Shown here in pieces: positions 28,418 to 45,279 of a stretch of 64,000 nucleotides of DNA. This DNA comes from an uncultured Candidatus Rokubacteria bacterium (GTDB lineage: Bacteria > Methylomirabilota > Methylomirabilia > Rokubacteriales > CSP1-6). The first letter of the stretch is position 1. Each line of letters opens with the position of its first letter. The position numbers and the translations under genes are program-made. The stretch is taken from the NCBI GenBank assembly GCA_963747235.1, contig CAVVEU010000002.1, forward strand, positions 32,001 to 96,000, given 5' to 3'. The notes beneath the pieces were generated by a model that had not been told where the DNA came from, did not search any database, and saw only the letters and a list, made by a program, of their open reading frames with translations.

Positions 28418-29944
28418 TCAAAAGTCTCGGACGCCTCCCGGGAGAAGCAGGCGAAATCGGGACCCTTTTCCGGGCAGACTGTCCACTTCGACCCGTCCCC
28501 CGTGGGCCTCCGCGAGGGCCTTCACCAGGCTCAGGCCCAAGCCCAGGCCGCGGGCCGCGGCAGTCTCGGGATGGGGCACGCGGACGTACTTGTCGAAGAT
28601 GCGCGGGAGCTGATCGGCCGGGATGCCGACACCGTCGTCCTCGACGGCCAGCTCGATCATCCCCGGCTGATCCTCGGCCGCGCCCGCGGAGACGCAGACC
28701 TGGCCGCCGCGCGGTGAGTACTTGACCGCGTTGGAGAGCAGGTTCTTGACCATCCGGTCCAGCGCGTCGGGATCCGCGCGCAGGGCCACCTCGGATCCGC
28801 TCGCGGTCCAGCGGAAGTGGTGCCCGCGATGCTCGGCCGCGAAGATCTCGAGGTTGCGCTCGATCAGCCCGGCCAGGTCGACCAGCTCCGGTCTGAGCTC
28901 GAGCGGGCGCCCGGCCTCGATCCGCGACAGATCCAGCAGCTCCCCGACGATGCGGCCCAGCGTGCACGCCTCGGTGTGGAGGTAGACGAGGCAGCGCTGG
29001 GCGCGCTCCGGAGACAGCGCCGAGCGCAGCAGCAGCTCGCTGAAGCCCTGCAGCGCGGTCAGCGGCGTGCGCAGCTCGTGCGAGACCACCGAGAGGAACT
29101 CGGTCTTCGCCTGGTCCAGCTCGCGGAGGCGCGCGGTGGCCGCCGATACTTTCTCCGCGAGCTCCTCCGCGAAATGCTGCTGGCGAAGGGTGAGGCGCGC
29201 GTTCTCGACCGCCAGGGCCATGTGCAGCGCCAGCTCCTCGGCCGCGGCGCGCGTGGCGCGCGACAGCTCCCCGCTCCACTCGACCGCCATCACCCCGACG
29301 ACGCCCGCGCCCGAGACGAGCGGCACCGCGAGGGCGCGCACGGGCGTCGGGCCGACCGGCTCGTCCGCCCACACGCGGGGATCCGCCGCCAGATCCACGC
29401 TGCTCACGCGCTGGCCGGTGGCGAGGGCGAAGGCCGCCGCCGACTCGGGATCGACAAGCGTCCCCACCGGCACGCTGGCGAGGAGCGCGGTGCGCACGTC
29501 GGCGCCGACCAGCAGCGCGAGGCGCCGGGCCCGGAGGGCGGCGCGCAGCTCGCGGGCCGCGCTCACCAGCTTGTCCTCCATCGCGTCCGGCCCGTCCAGC
29601 CGGCGCTGGATCGCGAGCACCGCGGCCAGCCGCGCCGCGCGCGCGCGGGAGCCGTCCACCAGCCGGCCGACGAGCACGCCCGCCACGATCGGCAGGCCGA
29701 GCGACAGCAGGCCGTCGAGCGTCTGGGAGGTGAGGCCGAGCCGCTCCACCGCGGGCAGGACCACCGGCGCGTGCAGCAGGCCGGCCAGCGCGCCGACGAG
29801 CCCGCCGCCGACCGCGCCCCGGGTGAGCGCAGCCCAGAGCGTCGGCACCAGGTAGAGATGCCGGAGCACGGAGGCGGGGCCCTGGTCCGTGACGTCCAGG
29901 GCCAGGGCCAGGGCGGCCAGCAGGGCGACCGGGAGCGCGATCAC
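28418..29944 (-). CDS. Membrane sensor histidine kinase (TM-GAF-HisKA-HATPase)
   Basis: VSHELRTPLT, NLLSNAVKYS, DDGVGI, GLGLGL; GTG at 29944. Confidence 0.93.
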   Translation of the reverse strand: MIALPVALLAALALALDVTDQGPASVLRHLYLVPTLWAALTRGAVGGGLVGALAGLLHAPVVLPAVERLGLTSQTLDGLLSLGLPIVAGVLVGRLVDGSRARAARLAAVLAIQRRLDGPDAMEDKLVSAARELRAALRARRLALLVGADVRTALLASVPVGTLVDPESAAAFALATGQRVSSVDLAADPRVWADEPVGPTPVRALAVPLVSGAGVVGVMAVEWSGELSRATRAAAEELALHMALAVENARLTLRQQHFAEELAEKVSAATARLRELDQAKTEFLSVVSHELRTPLTALQGFSELLLRSALSPERAQRCLVYLHTEACTLGRIVGELLDLSRIEAGRPLELRPELVDLAGLIERNLEIFAAEHRGHHFRWTASGSEVALRADPDALDRMVKNLLSNAVKYSPRGGQVCVSAGAAEDQPGMIELAVEDDGVGIPADQLPRIFDKYVRVPHPETAAARGLGLGLSLVKALAEAHGGRVEVDSLPGKGSRFRLLLPGGVRDF

Positions 29945-30766
29945 GGCGCGAGCATCCGGTAGGCCGCGAAGAACGCGAGCGCGGCCAGGTAGCCGGGCAG
30001 GAGGCTGCCGCTCCAGGCGCGCAGCGCGCAGGCGATCAGCCCAACCAGGCCCAGGTAGAACACGGCCCCCGCGCGCGCCTCCGCCGCGTGCGGCAGGGCG
30101 GGATCGACCAGGTAGCGCAGGAGCGACAGCGCCGTCGTCAGCAGCGCGGCCGGCCAGAACGACCAGCGCCGCCAGAGCAGCGAGAACACCGCGCCCCGGA
30201 ACAGCCACTCCGCGCTGAGGCGCGTTGGCGCCCACGTCGTACGCGAGCGCCGAGAGATACGGCGGCAGGCCGCCCGGGTGCAGCCGATAGCCGAAGGTCC
30301 GCGACGCGGTGACGAGCAGGTGCGCGCCGAGGAATGCCCCGACCGCCAGGCCCGCCGCCGCGTGGACCGGCCGGGCGCCCCCGAGCCCGAGGGCGCGCAG
30401 GCGCGGCCGCCGCCGCGCTTCGAGCAGCAGCAGTCCGGGCACGAGAAGGAACGCGAGGGCGCCCAGCGGGTGCAGACGCGCGGTCACCGAGGCCAGGAGC
30501 AGCGCGGCACCGAGCCGGACGACCGGCCCGGGCCAGCCGGCGGCCGCGTCGGTCGCGAGCAGCCAGCCCAGCGCGAGCAGTCCCCCGTGGACGGCCCCGC
30601 TGGCCAGGGCGTGGCCGAGCGAGAGCGGAGCCACCCCGGTCCACTCCAGCGCAAGGCCCGCCGTCGCGAGCAGCGCGACCGCGCCCGCCACCTGCCCGTA
30701 GGCCCGGGCCGGCCCGCGCGGCGGCGCCAGCGCGCCGGGCTCAAACGGCGCGCTCAGGAGCCGCAT
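29941..30766 (-). CDS. CPBP/Abi-like membrane protein with degenerate motifs (extra C near 30220)
   Basis: Multi-TM; SAEWLFRG in place of EExxFRG; WSGSLLPG. Confidence 0.7.
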
Positions 30767-31497
30767 CGTCGGTCAGGCGGAGACAGAGGGCGGCCAGGCG
30801 GGCATCGAGCGTCTCGCCCGCTTCCGATTCGAGGTGGCGCACCACGTCGGCCCGCGGCCAGGCGCGGCCGATAGGGGCGATCCGAGGTGAGCGCGTCGTA
30901 GACGTCGGCCACCGCCACGATGCGCGCGCCCAGGGGGATCAGCTCGCCGCGCAGGCCGTCGGGGTAGCCGCTGCCGTCGTGCCGCTCGTGATGGTGCCGC
31001 ACGATGACCGCGCCGTCGGCGAAGAACTCGAGCGGGGCGACGATCTGGGCGCCGACGATCGGATGCCGGCGCATCACCGCCCACTCCTCGTCGCTGAGCG
31101 GGCCGGGCTTGCGCAGGACCGACTCCGGGATGCCGATCTTCCCCAGATCGTGCAGGAGCCCGGCCTGCGCGATGGTGTCGGCGGCCCCGGGCGCGACGCC
31201 GGCGGCGAGCGCGAGGCGCCGCGCGAGCGCCGCGACGCGCTCGGAGTGCCCGCGCGTGTAGACGTCCTTGGCCTCGAGCGCGTTGGCCAGGCCGAGCAGG
31301 CTCTGGAAGCTCGACTGCTGCAGGCGCCGGTACGTCTTGCGGAGATCGATCGCGTACTGCAGCGACTGCTGATACGCCGCGCGCAGGCGCGCCTGCGTCT
31401 GCTCGAGCTCGCGCTCCCGCGCCCGCGAGGTCTCGTAGAGCGACTTGAGATCGCGCGCGTAGGACAGCGCCTGCGAGAGCCCTACCTGGCCGGCCAT
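30741..31497 (-). CDS. HD-GYP phosphodiesterase with N-terminal coiled coil (extra G near 30858)
   Basis: YTRGHSERV, LHDLGKIG, HHERHDGSGYP, VADVYDALTSDRPY; corrected frame ends at TGA 30741. Confidence 0.92.
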
Positions 31498-31868
31498 ACC
31501 GAGGCCTCCGGCACGAGCGAGCGCACCAGCGTCAGCAGGGCGAGCGGCGAGAAGGGCTTGGTCAGGTAGTGATCGGCGCCCGCCTCGAGCCCGCGGCGGC
31601 GGTCGGCCGCCTGCGCCGCCGCGGTGAGCATGACGATGCGGGTATGCGCGCACTCGGGCACCTGACGGAGCTGCCGGCAGGCCTCCAGCCCGTTGAGGCG
31701 CGGCATCTGCACGTCGAGCAGGGCCACGTCGGGGCGCTCGCGCCGCGCCAGGGCCACCGCGGCGGCCCCGTCGGCGGCGTCCACGATCCGCACGTGCGCG
31801 TCTTCGAGGGTGAAGCGAACCAGGTCCACGATTGCGGGTTCATCGTCGGCGATCAGGATGGTCATCAT
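31482..31868 (-). CDS. Single-domain response regulator (REC)
   Basis: ILIADDE, LLDVQMP, MLTA, YLTKPF. Confidence 0.95.
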   Translation of the reverse strand: MMTILIADDEPAIVDLVRFTLEDAHVRIVDAADGAAAVALARRERPDVALLDVQMPRLNGLEACRQLRQVPECAHTRIVMLTAAAQAADRRRGLEAGADHYLTKPFSPLALLTLVRSLVPEASVWPAR

Positions 31869-31882
31869 GCCCGCTCGTAGAT

Positions 31883-31898
31883 TGCGAGGGGCGTGCCA
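31883..31898 (-). promoter_or_regulatory. Putative sigma54 (-24/-12) promoter
   Basis: TGGCACG-CCCC-TCGCA on the minus strand; GG-N10-GC. Confidence 0.55.
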
Positions 31899-32006
31899 CG
31901 GGAGAAGCCGCACGGAATCAGCCGCTTGCGATCAGATCGCGGCGGGGAATGCCTGAGGCGCTGGGCAGCGCGCGGGCGCCTCCTGCCCCGCGCGAAGGGC
32001 AGCGGG

Positions 32007-34767
<2,761 letters not shown>

Positions 34768-34779
34768 GGCGATCCGTCT

Positions 34780-36306
<1,527 letters not shown>

Positions 36307-36309
36307 GTC

Positions 36310-36855
36310 CTATCCCCTTGCGAGCCGCTGGCGCATGCGCGCGAGCTGCCCGTCGAGACTGCCGTCGAAGATGAGGCTGCCGACCTGCGCGATGAAGCCG
36401 CCCAGCAGCGTGGCGTCGACCTGCTCTTCCAGGATGATGCGCTTGCCGAGCGCGCGCTCGAGCTTGCCCGAGAGCTCCCGCTTCTCGCCGTCGGTGAGGG
36501 CGACCGCGGTCCGCACCTGGGCGCGGGCGCGGCCGAGCTCGTCGTCCACGAGGGTCCGGTAGGCCCCGACGATCTCGGGCAGATGATCGGCCCGGCCGCG
36601 CTCGGCCACGAGGCCCGCGAAGTCCTGCACGAGCTTGCCCGCGCCGGTCTTCTGCGCGATGGCCATCGCCACCCCGCGGCGATCGGCCGGCTTGATCCAC
36701 GGGCGGGTCAGCACGTCGTGGGCCCCGGCGTCGCCGGCGCAGATGGCCGCGACCTGCTCCATCTCCCGCCCGATCGCTTCCGTGGCGCCGGTCTCGCGCG
36801 CCACGTCGTAGAGGGCCTTGGCGTAGCGCCGGGCGGTCCGCTCGTGGGATCGCAC
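36310..36855 (-). CDS. atpH: ATP synthase delta subunit
   Basis: ARRYAKALY, VDATLLGG, DGSL. Confidence 0.95.
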   Translation of the reverse strand: MRSHERTARRYAKALYDVARETGATEAIGREMEQVAAICAGDAGAHDVLTRPWIKPADRRGVAMAIAQKTGAGKLVQDFAGLVAERGRADHLPEIVGAYRTLVDDELGRARAQVRTAVALTDGEKRELSGKLERALGKRIILEEQVDATLLGGFIAQVGSLIFDGSLDGQLARMRQRLARG

Positions 36856-36857
36856 GG

Positions 36858-37425
36858 CTAGTTGACCTTGTCCACCCGGCCGATCGCGTCCTGCACGATG
36901 CGGCGATGGTCCTCGTCGCGCAGGCTCTTGCGGATGAGTCGCTCCGCCGCGGTGATGGCGAGGTCGACCACTTCCTGGCGCAGCGCCTGCCGCGCGCGGG
37001 TGACCTCCTGCGGCCATCTCGCTCCGTGCCGATTCCACCAGGCGCCCCGCTTCCGCCCGCGCGCCCTCCACCAGCCGGCGCTGCTCCTCGGCCGCTTCCT
37101 TGAGCGCGGTGGCCCGGATGGCCTGCGCCTCGGCGTACGCGGCCTGCAGCTTCCCCGCGTGCTCCTCGCGCTCGCGCTGGGCGTCGGCCCGCGCGGCCTG
37201 CGCTTCCTCGAGCGACTTGCGGATGGCCTGGGTGCGCTCCTCCATCTTGGCGAGCAGCGGCTTGTAGAGCAGCTTGCCCAGGATGAGCAGCAGCAGGGCG
37301 AAGTTGATCATCTGGATGACGATCGACCGGTCCAGGTTGATGAGGCCGCCTCCGCCCTCGGAGGCCAGCGCCGCCGCCGGCAACACCCCGAGCAGAAGCG
37401 CAGCGATGGCGAGTACGCGAATCAT
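36858..37425 (-). CDS. atpF: ATP synthase Fo subunit b (indel near 37012)
   Basis: QMINFALLLLIL..LLYKPL plus coiled coil; TAG at 36858 in corrected frame. Confidence 0.92.
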
Positions 37426-37500
37426 GGTGAGTTCTCCGGCTAGCGCTTTTGTGAAAGAAGGAACAAACGGTACACGAGTATCACGCGGGCGGGAAAACTG

Positions 37501-39462
<1,962 letters not shown>

Positions 39463-39470
<8 letters not shown>

Positions 39471-40224
39471 GGGAGATCACCTCTCTGGCGAGATCGAGAT
39501 AGGCCGTCGAGCCGGCCGATTTGAGGTCGTACAGCATGATGGGCTTCCCATGGCTCGGAGCCTCGCTAAGCCTTATATTTCGCGGGATTATGGTGGTCAT
39601 GACCTGCTTGCCCAGGTGCCGCTGGGCCTCCGCGCGAACCTGGCCCGCCAGGCTGGTCCTTCCGTCGAACATCGTCAGGACGACCCCTTCGACCTTCAGG
39701 TTCGGATTGAGCCGCTCATGCACCAGTCCAATGGTTCGGATGATGTGGGCGAGCCCCTCCATGGCGTAGTACTCACACTGGAGCGGCACCAGAGCCGATT
39801 CGGCGGCAGCCAGCGCATTGAGGGTCAGGATCCCGAGAGAAGGCGGGCAGTCGATGATCACGTAGTCATAGGACTGACTGACCGCGGCCAGGGCCTGCTT
39901 CAGCCGCCCTTCACGGTTGTCGAGGGTCACCAGCTCGATCTCGGCCCCGACCAGGTCGATATCGGACGGGACCAGGTGCAGGAACGGGAGCATGGTCGGC
40001 TTGACCACGTCAGCGAGCGGGACGCCCTCGAGCAGGACGTGGTAGATGGTGCGCTCGAGCGCGGCCTTGTCTATGCCCATGCCGGTCGTGGCGTTGCCCT
40101 GGGGATCAAGGTCGACCAGGAGGGTGCGCCGCTCGGCCAGGGCGAGGCCCGCCGCCAGGTTGACCGCGGTCGTGGTCTTCCCGACTCCGCCCTTCTGATT
40201 GACGACGGCCAGCGTCCGACCCAC
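39463..40224 (-). CDS. parA: Chromosome partitioning ATPase ParA/Soj
   Basis: NQKGGVGKTT, DLDPQGNAT, DCPPSLG, LSEAPSHG. Confidence 0.97.
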
Positions 40225-40240
40225 CAGATGCCCCCCGGGC

Positions 40241-40256
40241 TGTTCCACGTGGAACA
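40241..40256. promoter_or_regulatory. parS: parS site 1
   Basis: Perfect palindrome TGTTCCACGTGGAACA. Confidence 0.96.
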
Positions 40257-40266
40257 TCGCCCTCCG

Positions 40267-40282
40267 TGTTCCACGTGGAACA
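40267..40282. promoter_or_regulatory. parS: parS site 2
   Basis: Perfect palindrome TGTTCCACGTGGAACA. Confidence 0.96.
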
Positions 40283-40305
40283 TTACCCAGGAGCCGGGGT
40301 TGAAT

Positions 40306-40948
40306 TCAACTTTCTTTAACGGACTTGAGGAATACTCGGCTCTTGCGCGTTCCGGGGATCGTAACCCGAACCACCTCAAACGCCTTCTGGGGGAGGGGAT
40401 TCGGGGGTCCAGACACCACAAAGAGGCCCCCCACCTTCAAATACTTACGGGCCAGCGGCAGGAGCGTCGCGGCGGGGCCGACTGACCGAGCGACCACGAT
40501 ATCGAAGCCGGCGGCAAGATCTGGCTCCTGCTCGAGCAGCACCTCGGCTCGGCCCTCCTTCACGACCACATTGTTCAGCGCGAGCTCTCGCTGAGCCGCC
40601 AACAGGAAGGAGACGCGCTTTCGCCTGGCCTCCACGAGAGTCACCGCGATCGACGGATCGGCCAGGCTGAGGGGCAGCCCGGGAATCCCGGCGCCGGCAC
40701 CGATGTCCACCAGGGCGAGCGGGCGAGGAGGCAGGAGCGCGAGAAACAGCAGCGAGTCGATGAAGAGATCCTGGACGACGGCGGCGGCGGAGTCGAGGGC
40801 GGTCATGCGATGGGTCCCGTTCCAGCGAAGGAACAGGTCGAGGTACTGCTGGAATCGCTGCCGATCGGCGCGGGCCTGCCGGGTGCCCGGTGAGGGACCG
40901 GAGCGCGACCATCAGCTCGTCGAGCGGATCGTGGCTCCGCCTGCTCAA
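40306..40948 (-). CDS. rsmG: 16S rRNA m7G527 methyltransferase (indel near 40871)
   Basis: RWNGTHRMTA, DIGAGAGIPG, VEARRKRVSFL, GRAE. Confidence 0.92.
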
Positions 40949-42706
40949 GCCTTCTTCGTGGCTCGCCCCGCCGGAACCTTCTCCGTCTTGCCCATCCGCT
41001 CCATGTACTTCTGCTGGGCGATCTGCAGGACGTTGGACAGGGTCCAGTACAGAACCAGGCCCGCGGGCAGATTGAAGAACATGAACGTGAAGACCACGGG
41101 CATGAACAGCATCATCTTCGCCTGGCGTGGATCGCCCATCACCGGGGTCATCTTCTGCTGAACGAACATGGAAACACCCATGAGGATCGGCAGCACGTAC
41201 GTGGGATCGTGCCGCGCGAGATCGCAGATCCAGAAGTCGATCCCGAAGATGCGACCGAAGCAGATGAACGACGCGTTCTGCAGGTCCACCGAGACCGAGA
41301 GCGCGTCGTACAGCGCGTAAAAGATGGGAACCTGGACCACCATCGGCAGACAGCCGCCGAGCGGGTTCACCTTGTGGGCGCGGTAGAGCTCCATCGTCTC
41401 GCGCTGCAGGCGCTGCGGATCGCTCTTGTGCTTGGAGCGCAGCGCATTGATCTGCGGCTGGAGCGCCTGCATGGCCTTCATCGAGGTCATGCTCTTCACC
41501 GTGAGCGGAAAGAGCAGCACCTTCGTGATCAGCGTCAGCAGGATGATCGCGACACCGTAGTTCGGGACGAAGTGATAGAACCACCGCATGATGGCCAGGG
41601 TGGGCACCACGATGTATTCCATCGGGAACGTGGGGAGGTTGTAGTGAACCGCCCACGATTCGGGGAACGGGAAGCCGCCGAAGTAGATGGCCTTCTCCAG
41701 GCCCACGCCCAATGCCTTCAGGCGCTCGTACTCCATCGGGCCCATATAGCTCTGGAGCTGCCCTTCCCAGACCTTCCCGGGCTCGAGTGCTGGGACCGCG
41801 GCGCGGACCCCGATCTCTGCCGTATGTAACACTGTAGATTCATTCTCTTTTTTCAGCTCACGTCGCGCCTCGACCACGCCGATGCCCTTACTCTTGGGGA
41901 TCAGGGCGGTCAAGTACACCCCGTTCTGGCCAACCGGGGCGATCCCGCTCTCGAAGCCGACCCAGCGGTCCTCGCCCGGCGTAGTCCATCGCCTTGTTCA
42001 GGTACTCGCGGCGAGACCAGAGGGAGCCTTGCGGGAGCCGGACGACGTGGATCGGCCGCGCCCCGGCAAACTGCTCCTGCGCCTTCGGCCACTCCGCCGG
42101 GGCGCTCCACACCTGCGCCAGCTCGACGGCTTGCGCGACCGTGTGGCGGTTCTCCACCTTCAGCTCGTGCTCCACCACGTAGCTATCCGCCCGAAAGCGG
42201 AGCACCTGGGTGACCCGGATGCCGAACCCGTCCTCGCCGACCATCCGCAGCTCGCCCGTCGGCGTGTCCTTGTCGAGCTTGATGGACTCGGTGGACAGCG
42301 CGAAGGCAATGGCCCGCGCCGGCTGGCCGGGTCGCTTCACGACCCATCCCGCCGTGTCAACGGTGCCGGGCAGCACCAGCGGCTTCTCGCCGCGGAAGTG
42401 GAGGTCCCAGGCCTTGACCTGGCCGCCGGTGGTGGCGATCGACGCGCGGTACAGCGGCGTCTCGATGACGGCCGCGCGCTCCGGGACCGCCGGCGCATCC
42501 TTCGGGGAGGGCGGGGAGAGCGGTGAGGGCGGCACGCTCACCGCCGCGCCCGCAGCGGGCGTCGCAGGGGCCGGCGTGGGCGCGGCCGACGTCTCGGACT
42601 TCTGGGCGGGCTTCTGCTCCGGCGTGGGCTCGCGCATGAAGATCGCCGGGTAGATCATCAGGAGCGCGGCCATCAGCAGCAGCGCCAGGGTCGTCCGCTT
42701 GTCCAT
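40945..42706 (-). CDS. yidC: Membrane protein insertase YidC (extra G near 41976)
   Basis: NYGVAIILLT, NPLGGCLP, GLVLYW; long periplasmic domain. Confidence 0.95.
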
Positions 42707-42939
42707 TAGCCTCTCGATCGCTCCACCGGCGGTGGGTCGTATCCGCCCGGATTCCACGGATGGCACCGGGTGACGCGCCGGATTCCCAGCCACCCTCCGC
42801 GCAGCAAACCATGGTGCAGCAGGCTCTCCCGGGCGTACTCCGAGCACCCCGGCACGAACCGGCAGGCCGATGGGAGCAGCGGCCGGAGCAGTAGCTGATA
42901 CCCCCGGACGGCCTGCGCCGCCATCCAGCCCGGGCTCAT
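42706..42939 (-). CDS. yidD: Membrane protein insertion efficiency factor
   Basis: CRFVPGCSEY, RCHPWNPGGYDP. Confidence 0.95.
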   Translation of the reverse strand: MSPGWMAAQAVRGYQLLLRPLLPSACRFVPGCSEYARESLLHHGLLRGGWLGIRRVTRCHPWNPGGYDPPPVERSRG

Positions 42940-43316
42940 GCTTGTGTCTCCGCCGCGGCGCGTGACGCGCGCGCCAGGTTCTCCGCCAGCCGCCGCATAT
43001 CCTCCACCAGCTCGGGAAATGGCCGCCGCGCCGCGCTCGGCCGGGCCACCACGACCAGCTCGACGTCCGCCACGATCAGCGCGCGCACCTGGCGATACGC
43101 CTCACGCACCCGCCGCCGCGCCCGATTCCGCTTCGCGGCTCCACGGAGCTGCCGGCTGACCGCGAAGCCCGCCCGCCGGGTCTCCGCGCGCCGCCACAGC
43201 GCGACGAAGCTGGGGCGCTCGAGCCGGCTACCGTGCTGGAAGACCGCCTGGAATTCTGCCGCCCGCCGGAGGCGCTCGCCTCGCGGCAGCGTGAGTACCG
43301 CCGGGGATGTTGGCAC
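42936..43316 (-). CDS. rnpA: RNase P protein component
   Basis: ERLRRAAEF, GFAVSR, AAKRNRARRRVRE. Confidence 0.95.
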   Translation of the reverse strand: MPTSPAVLTLPRGERLRRAAEFQAVFQHGSRLERPSFVALWRRAETRRAGFAVSRQLRGAAKRNRARRRVREAYRQVRALIVADVELVVVARPSAARRPFPELVEDMRRLAENLARASRAAAETQA

Positions 43317-43325
43317 TGCGTCGGG

Positions 43326-43460
43326 TTAGACCGTCAGCCGCTTGCGACCCTTCGCGCGCCGACGCTTGAGCACCTTCCGCCCGCCCGGCGTCTTCATCCG
43401 CGAGCGAAATCCGTGCGTCTTCTTCCGCCGTCGCACATTTGGTTGGAACGTCCTCTTCAT
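43326..43460 (-). CDS. rpmH: 50S ribosomal protein L34 (not in ORF track)
   Basis: [44 protein letters not shown]. Confidence 0.98.
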   Translation of the reverse strand: MKRTFQPNVRRRKKTHGFRSRMKTPGGRKVLKRRRAKGRKRLTV

Positions 43461-43736
43461 GGACAAACTCTCCTCATGGGTGGAAGAACCCACGTAGTCT
43501 ACGGACCGCCCTCGACCAAGTCAAGGCACGCAAGCCCCTTGCGACCGTCCGCGCCGCTATGGTACGGTCGCCTCCCGCATCGAGCACCGCACGCTCCGGG
43601 CGATCCCGGCGCGCGTGGTTCCCGAGCGGTGCAGAAACTGAAGCGCGCGTTCGTCGCTGACCGAATCAATGAAGACGCTGCGACCCGGCCGGCTGTTTCG
43701 CAATCCGCACGACCAGGCCGCTCGGAACGCTCCCGG

Positions 43737-43756
43737 TTATCCACACCTGTGGATAA
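43737..43756. promoter_or_regulatory. Inverted pair of perfect DnaA boxes upstream of dnaA
   Basis: TTATCCACA-cc-TGTGGATAA. Confidence 0.93.
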
Positions 43757-43801
43757 GTCTGTGTGTAACTTTTTGCCGCGCCGCCAACCAAGAGCCCGAG
43801 A

Positions 43802-45112
43802 ATGCTTGACTCTTTGTGGACCCGTGTTCTGACCGCGCTCGAGGGGCGGATCCCCGAGACCGCCATCGAGTCGTGGCTGCGGCCGTGCCGCGTCACCGCG
43901 ATGGACGGCGACGCCATCCGCATCGCGGCGCCCAACAAGTACAGCCGCGACTGGCTCGTCCAGCACTACACCGAGACGATCCAGAGCGCGGCCCGCACGG
44001 TGCTGGGCGGCAATCCCGTCGTGACCTTCGAGATCGATCGGGAGCCCGAGCGCGCGCCCGCGCCGGCCCGCGAGCTCCCCGCGGTCCCGCTCTCGAACGG
44101 CCTGTCCCCGCGCTACACGTTCGAATCCTTCGTCATCGGCAACTCCAACCAGTTCGCCCAGGCCGCCAGCCAGGCGGTGGCGGAGCTGCCGTCGAAGGCC
44201 TACAACCCGCTCTTCATCTATGGCGGGGTCGGTCTCGGCAAGACCCACCTGCTGCATGCGGTCGGGCACGAGATCGCGCGGCTCTACCCCTCGCTCCGCC
44301 TGCTCTACCTCTCGACCGAGCGCTTCACCAACGACCTGATCAACGCGATCCGCTACGACCGCACCGCGGAGTTCCGCGCCAAGTACCGCACCATCGACCT
44401 GCTCCTGATCGACGACATCCAGTTCATCTCGGGCAAGGAACGGACGCAGGAGGAGTTCTTCCACACCTTCAACGACCTCTACGAGGCGCGGAAGCAGATC
44501 GTGGTCTCCTCCGACTCGGCCCCCAAGGAGATCCCGGAGATCGAGGAGCGCCTCCGCTCCCGCTTCGAGTGGGGCCTGATCGCGGACATCCAGCCGCCCG
44601 ACTTCGAGACGCGCGTGGCGATTCTCAAGAAGAAGGCGGAGATCGAGCGGGTCCGGCTCCCCGACGACGTCGCCTACCTCATCGCGAGCCGGATCAAGGC
44701 CAACATCCGCGAGATCGAAGGCTCGCTGACCCGCATGATCGCCTTCTGCTCGCTCAGCGGGCGTGAGATGAGCGTGGAGCTCGCCCAGGAAGTCCTCTCC
44801 GATCTCTGGGGCGAGGAAGAGAAGATCATCACGATCGAGCACATCCAGCGCAAGGCGGCCGAGTTCTTCGGCATCAAGCTGTCGGACATGCGCGCGAAGA
44901 ACCGCACCAAGGCGGTCGCCTTCCCCCGCCAGATCGCGATGTATCTCGCTCGCCATCTCACCCACGCCTCCCTCACCGAGGTCGGCCGGTCCTTCGGCGG
45001 CAAGGACCACACCACCGTGCTGCACGCGGTCGAGAAGATCCAGGGGATGCTCCAGGACGATCCCAAATTCAAGAAGACCGTCGACACACTTACCCAGAGC
45101 ATCACCCTGTGA
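43802..45112 (+). CDS. dnaA: Chromosomal replication initiator
   Basis: YNPLFIYGGVGLGKTHL, LLIDDIQF, RLRSRFEWG, KDHTTVLHA. Confidence 0.99.
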   Translation: MLDSLWTRVLTALEGRIPETAIESWLRPCRVTAMDGDAIRIAAPNKYSRDWLVQHYTETIQSAARTVLGGNPVVTFEIDREPERAPAPARELPAVPLSNGLSPRYTFESFVIGNSNQFAQAASQAVAELPSKAYNPLFIYGGVGLGKTHLLHAVGHEIARLYPSLRLLYLSTERFTNDLINAIRYDRTAEFRAKYRTIDLLLIDDIQFISGKERTQEEFFHTFNDLYEARKQIVVSSDSAPKEIPEIEERLRSRFEWGLIADIQPPDFETRVAILKKKAEIERVRLPDDVAYLIASRIKANIREIEGSLTRMIAFCSLSGREMSVELAQEVLSDLWGEEEKIITIEHIQRKAAEFFGIKLSDMRAKNRTKAVAFPRQIAMYLARHLTHASLTEVGRSFGGKDHTTVLHAVEKIQGMLQDDPKFKKTVDTLTQSITL

Positions 45113-45279
45113 TCCGCCGCGTCCCCCGGCTCATCCCCAGCGCAATCCACCGGCGCGACACCGCTAACTCCGCGTCCACCGACGACCTTTTATCGCTGCG
45201 CGGCTATCCACACGTCCGCCTGTCCCTACGACGACGAATTCTTCTGTTTCTTTCTACAATCTGAACAACGGAGATACTT
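45113..45279. other. oriC: oriC unwinding subregion (dnaA-dnaN intergenic)
   Basis: Degenerate DnaA boxes (CTATCCACA at 45204-45212, TCATCCCCA), GC spacer, trio-like TAC GAC GAC GAA TTC TTC and AT-rich tract; gene orientation switches near here. Confidence 0.75.

Noticed and set aside
28418-30766. 782-aa membrane protein-kinase fusion
   Set aside because: An extra C near 30220 joins the CPBP 5' half to the kinase frame
36310-37425. AtpF-AtpH (b-delta) fusion ORF
   Set aside because: The linker is out-of-frame sequence; removing one base near 37012 restores atpF ending at 36858
40241-40282. Mini CRISPR array
   Set aside because: Two 16-bp parS palindromes 10 bp apart next to parAB; no cas genes
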